Source of the DNA: Eledone cirrhosa
Lineage: Eukaryota
Length of the DNA: 64,000 bases
Direction of reading: 5' to 3'
NCBI GenBank assembly: GCA_964016885.1
Contig: OZ024741.1
Location: 402,132,001 to 402,196,000 of the forward strand
Shown here: one piece after another, positions 1 to 13,003 of the stretch
Layout: each line of letters begins with the position of its first letter
Numbering within the stretch: position 1 is the stretch's first letter
The notes under the pieces: generated by a model
The model's database searches: none
The model's input: only the letters and a program-made list of their open reading frames with translations
What the model was told of the DNA's origin: nothing
Program-made: the position numbers and the translations under genes

Positions 1-322
1 CAATACACACAAAAACAAGATGGCGTAGGACAGAACAAAGGAGAGGCACAAAAACAAAGAAAAGAATCCCCAGTCACTGAAGAGATCACAGAATGTGTGA
101 CGAAAGAACTTTGACAATATATAAACAATCATCTGGTTGTGGAACCAACCAACCAACCGGAAATTTATAAATTCCTAAATTTATAAATTTATTATAATAA
201 ATTGAAGTGAAAGCAACTGGTGCGTGTGTTTCTTATTGGCAACATGACCCTCCCAAAGCATAACAATATCGGTTTCAACACACGTTTTCAGATAAAGAAT
301 CTTGCTAAACAAATTAAGAAAC
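1..322 (+). repeat. Penelope-like pseudo-LTR fragment (second copy at ~25661-25830)
   Basis: 72-270 is closely similar to 25661-25830; it carries a hammerhead-like core and abuts (TA)n. Confidence 0.55.
73..115 (+). ncRNA. Minimal type I hammerhead ribozyme motif
   Basis: GTCA-CTGAAGA-GA-TCACA gaatg TGTGA-C-GAAA-GAAC-TT-TGAC: stem I GTCA/TGAC, stem II TCACA/TGTGA, intact CUGANGA and GAAA core. Confidence 0.6.

Positions 323-323
<1 letters not shown>

Positions 324-396
<73 letters not shown>
324..396. repeat. (TA)n microsatellite
   Basis: Pure dinucleotide run. Confidence 0.98.
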
Positions 397-397
<1 letters not shown>

Positions 398-710
398 TAG
401 CAGTTTAGCCCGACGTTGCTCGGGTTTGTTCATTTGCTATGAAAAGTTACATACAGGCAAACGTCGCTTGAAAGCGAATAAGCTTATCAATTAAGTGCAT
501 AAAGCAGTTGAACCGGTTATTAAAAGTTACGAACCAATTAGAATTTTGGACAATCAAGGATGGGTTAATAATCTTCCAATAGCGAATTTAGTAGACCAAA
601 GTTGCAAGATGGTGGCCCTGATGCCGCTGGGTGTCAGATCTGTCCGCCATAGGATACCCTACCAGGAAATAGTGTTCCAGACGGCATAGCTCCAACACCT
701 GCACCAACAT

Positions 711-3700
711 CTATAGCACCTCTTTGTAGACGATATTGCGTGTCATCCCTTGAGGAGTGTAAGCAAAAAGTCCATTCCTGCTCCCTATGCAGGGACAGGC
801 AACATAAAGTTGGCCATGGGAGAGGCATGGCTCCCTCAAATGGATGCCCGTCACCGACAATGTTTGCCCTGGTGACTTGTTAATGGACATGGCAAAACAT
901 AGTCTCACCGGGAATTGGGATCGCCGGAAATCGAACGGGATATCTGACGCCGAGGGGAAAAGGTTCATCCTTGGAATGAAAACATTCTCCCCTCTCCCAA
1001 ACCCCGTTACAATGGTGGCCTCAATCAAGTGGGGCATCAGTGACTTGACTGCTTTGGTGGATGCAAGTTCCTTATTAGCATAATGGGACAGCCAATAATG
1101 TGAGGAAGGAACCCTGGGGGCTCAAGGGAATTTAATAACTCAACCGGATAATTAACGATATCGTCGGGGTCTGACGTCCGGTCAATAGATTTGAAGATGT
1201 GCTCTTTACCGGGAATCTTCTCAATCAGCTGCTCATTAATAAAATTAACCATGGTATTTTTCGGAGCAAGGATGGCTATTTTGCTGAGCCAATCGAGGTT
1301 TTTAAAGTTAGATGAGACATTAGGAAAAAACCCAAAGGTCAGAAGGGCTGCTCACAATGTTGCACAGGGAGTCGATTGCTATGCCGCCCTTGTCATCCGC
1401 AGGGACCTTGCCCTCACCAAGTGCTAAAATGTTCTGAGCAAATGCTGCAGACGTTGTCACCATGCAAATGAGCACGCATATTTGTGCTCAGGTATAAACT
1501 CTTCACCTGGAGCCACAACATGGAGGACTTAAGGGAGGCACGCACTTCATCAGCTCTTGTCCCTTTGGGGATGACAGGCAGCGTTTGCCGAAAATCCACT
1601 GATAGTAGAAGGATTACGCCACCCATAGGAGCCGTAGAATCCCTAATGTCTTTCAGGGTCCTGTCCAATGCCTCAAGGGCACCCTTGTGTGCCATCGTTC
1701 ACTCATCCCAAACAATTAGGCAACATTTTTTGAGAACCAGAGCTTTGTGTGAACTCTTGCTGATATTGCATGTTGGTGTCTCAGTTTTTACTAAATCCAG
1801 GAGGAGTTTAAAGGTTGAATGTGCTGTCCTGCCTCCCGGCAGCAAAGTAGCAGCGATCCCGGATGATGCAACGGCCAACGCAACTTTTTTCTCCTGAAGA
1901 ATCTTAGCGAGAATCAATTTCGTTACAAAAGTTTTTCCGGTACCCCCAGGAGCGTTTTTTAATGGGGGGGGGGGGGTCCGTTTTTTATTGGGGGGATCCG
2001 TTATTTATTTGGAGGGGTCCGTTTCTTATGGGGGGGGGGTTATTTGGAATCCGTTTTTTATTTGGGGGGGGGGGTCCGTTTTTTATGGGGGTGTGGGCGT
2101 TTTTTATTGGTGGGGTCCGTTTTTTATTTGGGGTGTCAGTTTTTTTATGGGGGAGGGGAGTGGGGCGTTTTTATTTGGAAACCGTTTTTTATTGGGGGGT
2201 GTCCGTTTTTTATGGGGGTCCGTTTTTTATTGGGGAGAGGGGGGCGTTTTTTATTTGGAATCCATTTTTTATTTGGGGGGGTCCGTTTTTTATGGGGGTG
2301 GGGGCGTTTTTTATTGGTGGGGATCCGTTTTTTATTGGGGTGGGCTCGGTTTTTTATTGGGGGGATCCGTTTTTATTTGGGGGGAGAAGGGTCCGGTTTT
2401 TATGAGAGGGTGATCCGTTATTTAGGGGGGACCCGTTTTTTATTTGGGGGGTAGGGGGTCCATTTTTTATGGGGGAGGGGGGTCCGTTTTTATTTGGGGG
2501 TCCGTTTTTTATTGGGGGGGGGGGATCACCCAATTCACACTTTTGAAGCTAAATGGCAAAGAGTTCCCGTAGACCTTTAGGTGATTTTAACAAAGCACCC
2601 TCTGCTAAAGTGGAAACCCATTGCGAATCATCTCCAAAAGACCACGCTTAAAGAAGGCTTCTCGGTACGTATCACATATTTCTCCATCAACAGTTTTGAG
2701 GTCCTGAAAACTTTGTGGGCCTACAACTTCATGCAGAAGAAGGTGGAGATGAAAGCACTCATGCTGACTTGGGGGCACAGTGTAAACCCTTCGAAGACAG
2801 CTGTCAAATTTTACACCAGGATGTCTTTCAACAGCCTGACCTGACTTCTTCGCACCCAAGTGTTTTTCGACCATATAAAGTAGGATGGAACCTAGAGGTA
2901 CACATTTGTTGGCGCAAATGTATCGAACTGGTAAATTTGAAGAAACCCGTCAGAGTGGTCTCTTTCGGATCGGCGGCCAACTTGGAGGCGGTTTGGTTCG
3001 TAAAGTAAACCCTTTGCTCATTTTCCAAATGTACTGCAAGCTGTACGATGGCGGGGTGGCGTTGGTGTAGGGGTAAACCAAATAGGCGCCAAAAAGCTTC
3101 ATTGCTACTGATGTGCCGCCCCGCCAGGTATTCTGTGACCTCGTCCCTGCTATTTTCAGCTTGATATGCAAACATTGCGGCATCAGAGCCCTTATTTACA
3201 TATTTGCATATGTATTTTATCCACTTGACGGAGTTGCACAACTCAACGTTGATGAGGGCGTTGAACATCTTCAAGAGAAGCGGGCAGTAAGGGACCACCC
3301 ATCTATTGTCGACTTGACCACCCTTTACTGTTGTGGTGAAGTCACCGTTCTCGGGCCGTCTCCGCCTGTACAGGGGTACCCGTCGCCACCAGTCTGAGTC
3401 TGGTCAACAAATTTTTGTGGGTATCCCTTACTGCACGACCCCCCTTTCAGACACGTGTGATGCTCATTAGGACCCGACGCACACGGACCATGTTAGCTTT
3501 GACGATGTCATGTAATTGCTGGTCAGTTGCTGGGTTAGGGATTTCAGCCGAAATGAAGCTGTCTATGGCATTTGAATTGATTTTATCAGCTAACCAAATC
3601 AAAATGTGAGCATGTGGCAGCCCTCGTTTTTGCCATTCGATGGTGAACATGTCACATTTTACAGCCCCAAATACCTGATCTTTTTTATTAAAGCCATGAG

Positions 3701-3780
3701 TTTAGCCAGTTTCAGTATGAACACTCTGGCAATGAGGTCATGTCTGTTCGAATAATTTTGCCCAGGAAAGATTTCATGGG
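711..3780 (-). pseudogene. Helitron RepHel (HUH Rep + PIF1-family helicase) fragments
   Basis: Rep motif IEWQKRGLPHAHILIWL; IKYICKYVNKGSD; Walker A APGGTGKTF (~1928-1952); VASSGIAATLLPGGRTAHS, LIVWDE, DFRQTLPV, QFPVRLCFAMSINKS and HGQLYVA helicase motifs; many frameshifts and stops. Confidence 0.92.
1955..2525 (+). repeat. Degenerate G/T-rich ~18-20 bp tandem repeat (GGGGGTCCGTTTTTTATT-like)
   Basis: About 30 imperfect units with alternating G and T runs, interrupting RepHel just upstream of Walker A. Confidence 0.85.
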
Positions 3781-3937
3781 TTACATTCCGATTCATATGT
3801 CTATAGCATCAATCTGTTATATGAAGTCTTATTTTGCGGGTTGTTATTTGCAATAAGCCGATTGAAAATGCGCCAGATAAGCCGTATGTCAATACGGAAC
3901 GCTCAACATGGAACGCTCAATACGGAACGCTCCACTG

Positions 3938-4342
3938 CAGTGTTGTCATATAGGGAGTGAAGAGCGACAGAGAGAGTAAAGCAGTTAAATTATAGAGAGA
4001 GGGACTATACGGAACGCTCCATTTGATCAAACACACTGTTTCTCTCTCTACAGTGTTGTCATATAGGGAGTGAAGAGCGACAGAGAGAGTAAAGCAGTTA
4101 AATTATAGAGAGAGGGACTATACGGAACGCTCCATTTGATCAAACACACTGTTTCTCTCTCTACAGTGTTGTCATATAGGGAGTGAAGAGCGACAGAGAG
4201 AGTAAAGCAGTTAAATTATAGAGAGAGGGACTATACGGAACGCTCCATTTGATCAAACACACTGTTTCTCTCTCTACAGTGTTGTCATATAGGGAGTGAA
4301 GAGCGACAGAGAGAGCAAAGCAGTTAAATTATAGAGAGTGGG
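3938..4342. repeat. 113-bp tandem repeat (~3.6 copies) in the Helitron 5' region
   Basis: Unit starts CAGTGTTGTCATATAGGG at 3938, 4051, 4164 and 4277. Confidence 0.95.
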
Positions 4343-4606
4343 AATGATCATGATCGATGTTTGCCCTTATTGTTGATGGATTTGAAATTTGTTTGCCTCA
4401 TGACCTTTTTCTGACCAAAAGCAATAATTGTCCCGATGTTGAATAAAATCCGTTGGAAATTGTGGACATGCATACGTTACAAACCTTAACACACAATTCC
4501 TCAGATTTATATATATAGATAACACTGATGTTGTCTGTGTGTGTGTGTGTGTGTGTGTGTCCTCATTTTTGCAAAGTCTATTCAAATCTACATTTCTACT
4601 CCGATT

Positions 4607-4912
4607 GGTGATGATGATGATGGTGATGGTGATGATGATGGCAATGATGATGATGATGATGATGATGACGATGACGATGACGATGATGATGATGATGATG
4701 GTGATGATGATGGCAATGATGATGATGATGATGATGATGACGATGACGATGATGATGATGATGATGGTGATGGTGATGATGATGGCAATGATGATGATGA
4801 TGATGATGATGACGATGACGATGATGATGATGATGATGATGATGATGGTGATGGTGATGACGATGGCAATGATGATGGTGATGTTGATGATGGGGATAAG
4901 GATGATGATGAT
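4607..4912. repeat. Degenerate (GAT)n microsatellite with higher-order repeats
   Basis: GAT/GAC/GGT/GGCAAT units; source of the poly-D, poly-M and poly-H ORFs. Confidence 0.95.
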
Positions 4913-4956
4913 GCACTTCAAAGTATATAGTACAAATTTATCTAATAGCTATTGAT

Positions 4957-5400
4957 GAATGCAAGTGGTCGAAATGGGATTCCTCCGAAGGGTCTACTGA
5001 GTAATTTTGCTTGATAGAGTTCATAGCTCGGAGATCAGAGCATCACTCCAGGTAGCGCCAATACTGCTCTGAATTAGAAGATCACAGCTCCGATACTATG
5101 GGCATGTGGTTAGAATGTCTCAGGAAAGAATCGCTGGACAGATTTTATGGACAAAACCAACTGGCAAAAGACCCAGAAACAGACCCAAAGCAATATGGTT
5201 GGATAATATCCATGAGATTGGCTTGTTTAGTTTGGGAATATAACAAGATTATTTGGAGATGGTTGCTTTTAACAGGACCCACTGGAAGGATTGTTTGAGG
5301 ACTCTGCTCCCACAACCCTCTTAGGTATAAGTGGGAGAAGAAGAAGAAGAAGAAGAAGAAGAAGAAGAAGAAGAAGAAGAAGAAGAAGAAGAAGAAGAAA
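4957..5400 (+). mobile_element. RTE-clade LINE 3' fragment, family A, with (AAG)n tail
   Basis: Decayed RTE C-terminus (QVxEMGFLRRV..RSQLRYYGHVVRMSQERIA..KPTGKRPR) followed by (AAG)n; related copies at 26530-26897, 27903-28370, 31030-31285 and 31820-32545. Confidence 0.75.
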
Positions 5401-5651
5401 TCAAACCGTCATTATGATCATAAGTCCAACACACTTACCACGAGGCCACACACCTCCACAATCTGAGAAGCCTGAAAAAAATGATCATGCCCCCCCCCCT
5501 CCTTTCATTCTCTATCTAAACCATATTTAAAAAAAAAAGAATCACGTAAGTTTATGTCTGAGAATAAATGTTGGTACAAAATTAAATGATTGATTGGGTA
5601 AACTGTATGGATTTCATTCTATACTGAAGATATTGAGTGTCTGTTTAATCA

Positions 5652-5850
5652 ACACCACCAATACCACCACCACATCACAATCATCATCACCACCAACACC
5701 ACCACCACATCACCACCATCACCACGACCACATCACCACCATCACCACCACCATCACCACCACATCACAATCATCACCACCATCACCACCACCACCACAA
5801 CACAATCACCATCACCACCAACAACACCACCATATCACAATCATCAACAC
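5652..5850. repeat. (CAC/CAT/CAA)n low-complexity tract
   Basis: Degenerate trinucleotide repeat. Confidence 0.9.
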
Positions 5851-6171
5851 TAATAAAATCAGCACGGATCATCTTGCTATGGCAGTCATTAGAGGAGTAG
5901 CAAGAGGTGGGAGGAATGAGGAGGAGTATGAGGGGGGGGGAGGGTTGACTGGAAATCAGGTACAGAACATCAAATTTTCTATTATAAACAAAACTAATGT
6001 TATAGCTGTCAATATGACACTTTCAATTAATGCATAGAACAAACACAAACACACACATATACACATACATATACAGTACACATATATACATCCACATATC
6101 CATCCATATATGTATATATATATGTGGGTGTGTGTGTGTGTATTATGTATGTATACATGTATAAATATATG

Positions 6172-6241
<70 letters not shown>

Positions 6242-6256
6242 ACTTATATATGTATA

Positions 6257-6590
6257 TCATCATCATCATCATCATCATCATCATTTTACGCCCGCTTTTC
6301 CCTGCTTGCAAGGGTAGGATGGGTCCTATTCAGCACAGCATCTCTCCACTTGTCACGGTCCTTCGCCATCTCCTCGGTAAGTTTCAGCGATCTGAGGTCT
6401 GCTCTCACCACCTCCGCGCATGTTTTTCGTGGTCTACCTCTACTGCGTCTTCCTTCTACTGGGATTTCTTGGCACTTCTTTACCCTGTGGTCATCCTCCA
6501 TGTGCATCACATGTCCATACCAACTCAGCCTTCTCTCCTGCACACCACAACTTATCCCTCTTATACCCAGTTTCTTTCTCAACTCGTCTA
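6257..6590 (-). mobile_element. RTE LINE 3' fragment with (TGA)n tail
   Basis: [41 protein letters not shown]; tail ACCCTTGCAAGCAGGGAAAAG..GTAAAA(TGA)n. Confidence 0.85.
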
Positions 6591-6609
6591 TATATGTGTG
6601 TGTGAGTAC

Positions 6610-6950
6610 ATTCATTTCATTCATTCATTCATTTCATTTTACATCCACTTTTTCCCTGCTTGCAAGGGTGGGACGGGAACTGGTTCTGGCTTGATTTCTA
6701 CAGCTGGATGCCCTTCCTAACACCAACCTCATTTACAGTGAGTGCTGGGTGCTTTTTTGTCGTGGCACCTCCACGACCACTTTGCAGTGGAATGATATGG
6801 ACACCAGTCCCTATCATCTCATTTCTACAGCTGAGTAAACTGGAGCAATGTGAAATAAAGTGTCTTGCTCAAGGAAACAACACATCACCCGGTCTGAGAA
6901 TTGAACTCACAACTTTACGATTGCAAGGCCAATGCTCTAACCACTAAGCC
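6610..6950 (-). mobile_element. tRNA-derived SINE, family B, with RTE-type tail
   Basis: Head GGCTTAGTGGTTAGAGC..GAGTTCAATTCTC (A/B boxes), central CCTTGAGCAAGACACTT block, tail shared with the RTE at 6257; second copy at 8251-8583. Confidence 0.85.
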
Positions 6951-7176
6951 ATGTATTACAATTGTTTCTCCGGCGAACAGCTCGAGGTGATTTGTTTGTG
7001 GATTGAACCTGACTCTGGATTCGCAAGTTCCTCAGATACGTCTAGTGATTTCGAAGCAAATCCTCTTTCTTCGAAATCACTATTCGTATCTAAGGAACTT
7101 GCGAATCTAGAGTCAGGTTCAATCCACAAACAAATCGCAACTCGAGCTGTTCGCCGGAGAAACAATTGTAATACAT
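6951..7176. repeat. Near-perfect 226-bp palindrome (fold-back)
   Basis: ATGTATTACAATTGTTTCTCCGGCGAACAGCTCGAG...CTCGAGCTGTTCGCCGGAGAAACAATTGTAATACAT; ~105-bp arms with few mismatches. Confidence 0.95.
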
Positions 7177-7311
7177 AATAAATTGTGTTCCAATGCATCA
7201 CTGATTCTTCATTTTCCATATTATTATACTCTGCTCTGAAGCAGCATAGAGTGCTCAACCGGCATACCGCCTATGGACGCATCCAAGGAAACTTACTACA
7301 AATATATATAT

Positions 7312-7990
7312 ATCATCATCATTATCATCATCGTTTAACGTCCACTTTCCACGCTAGCATGGGTTAGACAGGAGTTGTCCCACTTGAGGCAAGGTTGGTT
7401 GGATGACTGTGTCTCGCTCATATAGGACTTTCTGGCAGGTTTTCTACGGCTGGATGCCCTTCCTAACACCAACCACATTTACAGTGTGGACTGGGAGGTT
7501 TTTACTGTGTTACCTACGTGGCCACATTACAGCGTGGACTGTGTGTTTCTTTGTCGTGACACCTACACGATCTCGATCTCATTATCTCATTTATTTGGAC
7601 TGGGTGTTGTGGTAGCAACTTTACAGAGAAAGGGTGGTGTTGGTGGGAGTGGGAGGATAGGGTAGGAGTAGTGGATTGTGGTGTATATTTGGTTAAGAGG
7701 TGCCTACTGACTGTAGGTTTCGCTTTGTACATAGGAAAGGCGGGTCTTCTGTATTACTGCGTAGCGCCAAAGATCTCGGTCCAGTGACATTGTCTTAGAG
7801 AGGTGCAAGTGTGTAAGTTCGGAATTTATCAGATTGTCCCATGTTTTTCTGGGTCTACCTACTCCGTAACTACCATCAATTTTGATCGCCCTGCACTTTT
7901 TTATACAGCTGTCGTCTTTCATGTGCATCACGTGGCCATACCAACTTCCTCTTCTCTCAAGTCTATGTTGGTATGGCCACGTGATGCGCA
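7312..7990 (-). mobile_element. RTE LINE 3' fragment (same family as 19900-23560 and 40199-42667)
   Basis: [36 protein letters not shown] plus 3'UTR and (TGA)n tail; small inversion at its 5' end. Confidence 0.9.
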
Positions 7991-8250
7991 TATATATATA
8001 TATAAATAATTATAGTGGAGGAATCCACTATTATTTTTGGTAAGGTTCATAATGTTCTATGTGTACTTAAGGTCAACAACATGCATGAATCTAAGCCGAA
8101 TGAAAGGTGTATTCCAATGAGTTAGGACACTTGTAGTTGAAGACAGTAAAAGTTACAGAGCATAAATACTTAATAGAAAATGAAATCAAAGTTGTCCATC
8201 TAAATTCTTAGATTAACAACCTTGGGTTAATTTTGTTATATATATATGGA

Positions 8251-8583
8251 GGCTTAGTAGTTAGAGCATTTGCCTTGCAATCGAAAAGTTGTGAGTTCAA
8301 TTCTCAGACCGGGTGATATGTTTTTTCCTTGAGCAAGACACTTTATTTCACATTGCTCCAGTTTACTCAGCTGTAGAAATGAGATGATAGGGACTAGGGT
8401 CCCTATCATTCCACTGCAAAGTGGTCGTGGAGGTGCCACGGCAAAAAAGCACCCAGCACTCACTGTAAATGAGGTTGGTGTTAGGAAGGGCATCCAGCTG
8501 TAGAAATCAAGCCAGAATCAGTTCCCCTCCCACCCTTGCAAGCAGGGAAAAAGTGGACGTAAAATGATGATGATGATGATGAT
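8251..8583 (+). mobile_element. tRNA-derived SINE, family B, full length
   Basis: Reverse-complement match to 6640-6950; A/B boxes; (TGA)n tail. Confidence 0.85.
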
Positions 8584-8647
8584 ATATATATATATTATAA
8601 AATAACAGGAGGCTGGACTGGTGTAATTCCTTAAAGGTTTATTATAC

Positions 8648-8704
8648 TATGAACGTTTCAATGACCGGGTTCAGGATGAATCCGGTGACATCATCAGGTA
8701 TTCC
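8648..8704 (-). ncRNA. Degenerate hammerhead-like motif
   Basis: CTGATGA-long stem II (ACCGG.TTCA/TGAA.CCGGT)-GAAA-CGTT with palindromic AACGTT stem III; stem I poorly paired. Confidence 0.4.
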
Positions 8705-8824
8705 GAAATTTAACAAAGAAATATATTAAACACAATCCAAGGGGCTGAAAAGCAGAGAGATACCCAAGACGAGAAGGCGGCCAAAAAATTAGCAGTTGCC
8801 AGTCTGGCTGGCCGCCCTCATAAT

Positions 8825-8888
<64 letters not shown>

Positions 8889-8919
8889 ATTAGAAAGGGA
8901 ACAACACAAAATAAAACGA

Positions 8920-8987
8920 CTCCATTACCAAAGGTTTCTAGATCCCAGACAATAATAATATACGTCTGGATCGGTCGTCAGACAGAG
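8920..8987 (-). ncRNA. Type I hammerhead ribozyme motif
   Basis: CTCTGT-CTGACGA-CC-GATCCAGAC-loop-GTCTGGGATC-TA-GAAA-CC TTT GG-TA-ATGGAG; all three stems pair; GUA cleavage triplet. Confidence 0.65.
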
Positions 8988-9075
8988 ATGTTATGGATAA
9001 AAAATATGAAATTAAATAGCTCTGTTCTATACATAGAGCACTCTTTTTTTCTTTGCTTTTCCTTTGGAATTACCT

Positions 9076-10315
<1,240 letters not shown>

Positions 10316-10410
10316 TATATATATAGTTCAAAAGAACAAATAAACAAACAAAAGCAAGAGTCAATAGTACATAGTGTTATTAGTTTCACGCTTGGTGAGA
10401 GTTGGGGGAG

Positions 10411-10448
10411 GTTATGACGTTTCGGACATAAGTCCTTCATCAGGAAGT
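10411..10448 (-). ncRNA. Minimal hammerhead-like motif in a Penelope-like pLTR fragment (10316-10735)
   Basis: CTGATGA-A-GGAC TTAT GTCC-GAAA-CG-TC; perfect stem II, GUC triplet, stem I not paired. Confidence 0.45.
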
Positions 10449-10740
10449 TAGGGAGGAACTCTGAGAAGGAGTGAGGAGGGGAGTTGAAAGGACAAACATG
10501 AAAGGGCAGGAAAAATAGAAATAAAACATGAAAATCAAAATAAATAAAAACGGAATTAAAAGAACAGAAGTAAATGAACAGAATAAAAAAAACGAAAGTG
10601 AGGGGTCTGGGAGGGGTGTACAGGTCTGGGATAGCAAGGGTGTGGTAGTGTGTAAGGGGTGGGTGGAGAGGGAGAGAGGGCGAGGGAAAGAAAGAAAAAA
10701 AATATTTTGGAAAATGCATAAGGTCCTTGGTACAGTTAAG

Positions 10741-10965
10741 TCATCATCATCATCATCATCATCATTTAACGTCCATCTTCCACACTAGACGGAGCAAATA
10801 TATTTGAAAAAAAGAAAAAAATGACTTCATTTGTCATTGGTGTTCATACAGAACTGATTTTGGCTTGGTTTCTACAGCTGGATGGCCTCCCTAACACCAA
10901 CCTCATTTACAGTGAGTACTGGGTGCTTTTTGTCGTAACACCTACATGATCACTTTACAGTTGGG
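10741..10965 (-). mobile_element. SINE/RTE 3' tail fragment
   Basis: (CAT)n followed by TTTCTACAGCTGGATG.CCT.CCTAACACCAACC, shared with SINE family B. Confidence 0.7.
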
Positions 10966-11001
10966 TACTTTTTAAATAAATACATAAATAATTAAATGAA
11001 A

Positions 11002-12052
11002 CTAGCAGAAAAAACCACCCTTTGGGTGGTTTTCTGCTAGCATGTGTAGTGTGCATATTGATATTATATGCAAGTATATATGCATGTAGATATGATACTT
11101 CCAATCAAATCATAATTGACAATATCCACAGAAATTGAACGAAGACTGTGTTACACTGTCTTATGTAATCAGTAACGTAATCCATGATACATTAAAAAAA
11201 GACGATATTATATATAAACTACATTAGGGGAAAATTAGTGACGGAAATATATGAATGTTTATTTAAGCAATCGCTAACCGGAAGTGTTGACATTTGAAAA
11301 TTTTAAAGAAGTGAATCTTAAAATAAACAACAAAATTATTTATATTTAATCAAGAATAACAACATTTAATAGATAATACTAATGTAATATTCATTCATTA
11401 TTTGAATTGGCAGTGGATTGGGCGGTGGATTGGCAGTATCGGTAGAGAGTCGGACGCCATGCTTTCCAGCATAGTTACGTCCCTTTACGATCCGAGTTCA
11501 AATCCCGCCGAGGTTGACTTTGCCTTTCATCCTTACGGGGTCGATAAAATAAAGAACCAGTAATGCACTGGGTAATTGCTGGCCTTGTGCCTAAAGTAGA
11601 AACAATTATTTGAATTGGCAGTATCAGTAGAGGATTGGACGCCATGCTTTCTAGCATAGTTACGTCCCTTTACGGTTTGAGTTCAAATCCCGCCGAGGTT
11701 AACTTTGCCTTTCATCCTTATGGAATCGATAAAATAAAGTACCATTAATGTACTGGGATAATTTCTGGCCTTGTGCCAAAAGTAGAAACAATTATTTATT
11801 CAAAGGGCGGTGGATTGACAGTATCGGTAGAGGATCGGACACAATGCTTTGACGCATAGAGTTACGGCCCTTGTCAGTCTGAGTTCAAATCCCGCCGAGG
11901 TTAACTTTGCCTTTCATCCTTACGGGGTCGATAAAATAAAGTACCAGTAATGCACTGGCATAATTGCTGGCCTTGTGCCAAAAGTAGAAACAATTATTTA
12001 TTCAAAGTAATCCAACTTATTTTACAAACGGGATACTTTATTATAGTTTAGA
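11002..12052 (-). mobile_element. Non-autonomous Helitron, family C, interrupted by a SINE trimer
   Basis: Reverse-complement match to 29157-29686; 5' TCTAAACTATAATAAAG, 3' hairpin ending CTAG|T. Confidence 0.8.
11405..12000 (+). mobile_element. Three tandem copies of tRNA-derived SINE family D
   Basis: Each copy: TGGCAGTATCGGTAGA (A box), GAGTTCAAATCCCG (B box), GCCTTTCATCCTTACGGGGTCGATAAAATAAAGTACCAG core, GGCCTTGTGCC.AAAGTAGAAACAATTATT tail. Confidence 0.88.
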
Positions 12053-12069
12053 TTTAAAACAAAGTTGTT

Positions 12070-12345
12070 TGCTTGGTTTAGTGATTAGAGTATTTGGATC
12101 ATGACTATGAGTTCATGAGTTCGATTCTTGGTGGTGTGTTGTGTCCTTCAGCAAGTATTTTTATTTTACATTGCTTCATTCCATTCAGCTAACAAAAGCT
12201 GTACTTGTAATTCAAAGAAGCCAGCCTTCTCACACACTGTGTCATGCTGAATCGCCCTGAGAATTGTGTTAAAGATATACATGTCTGTGGAATGCTCAGC
12301 CACTTACATGTTAATTTCATGAGCAGGCAATTGGAACATTAATCA
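12070..12345 (+). mobile_element. Decayed tRNA-derived SINE
   Basis: GGTTTAGTGATTAGAGT..GAGTTCGATTCTT..TGTGTCCTTCAGCAAG head and central block related to family B. Confidence 0.6.
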
Positions 12346-12390
12346 GAATCAACAGAGTTCCAACACAATCTAATGTCAATACATACACTA

Positions 12391-13003
12391 CAAGAGTAGG
12401 GTGAAAGGTTCATAGGCTGACTATGAAGGAGTGATGTTAGAGCTGTGAAATCTTACATGCATTCATTTCAACTCTTCTTAATAACTGCATTGTTTCTTTT
12501 CAGGAACTGTGTTGAAAAATAAACCTCATTAGGTCATTCCATGAGAGTATCTTGGTCAGCCTACGAAGGAATGATGCTAGTGCTGTGAAATCTTGCATGC
12601 TTTAATTTCAACTCTTCTTAATAACTGCATCGTGTCTTTCCAGGGATTATGTTGAAAAATAAACCTCATTTGGTCATTCCATGAGAGTATCTTGGTCAGC
12701 CTATGAAGGAGTGATGTTAGAGCTGTGAAATCTTGCATGCTTTAATTTCAACTCTTCGTAATAACTGCATTGTTTCAGGAACTGTGTTGAAAAATAAACC
12801 TCATTTGGTCATTCCATGAGAGTATCTTGGTCAGCTTATGAAGGAGTGATGCTAGGGCTGTGAAATCTGATATGCATTAATTTCAGCTCTTCTTATGAAT
12901 AACTGCATTGTGTCTTTCCAGGGACTATGTTGAAAAATAAACCTCATTTGATCATTCCATGAGAGTATCTTAGTCAGCCTATAAACTTTTCAGCCAACCG
13001 TTG
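12391..13003. mobile_element. Tc1/mariner-type MITE with four internal ~140-bp tandem units
   Basis: TA flanks; imperfect TIRs ..GAAAGGTTCATAGGCTGAC / GTCAGCCTATAAACTTTTC..; units start 12421, 12561, 12701, 12836; two-unit copy at 45658-45995. Confidence 0.8.

Larger units (their letters stand above)
397..4519 (-). mobile_element. Helitron, internally deleted and decayed
   Basis: Minus strand begins A|TCTATATATATAAA (4519) and ends with hairpin CCCGAGCAACGTCGGG then CTAG|T (397); RepHel remnants lie inside. Confidence 0.9.

Noticed and set aside
1962-2454. Gly/Phe-rich ORFs in three frames
   Set aside because: Products of the G/T-run repeat; being open in all frames indicates low complexity.
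4367-4955. Poly-Asp, poly-His, poly-Met and poly-Ile ORFs (for example an acidic biomineralisation protein)
   Set aside because: All are readings of one (GAT)n microsatellite, with no signal peptide or splice context.
8251-8312. tRNA genes (A/B-box sequences here and in other SINE heads)
   Set aside because: No complete cloverleaf; each continues into a SINE body and tail.
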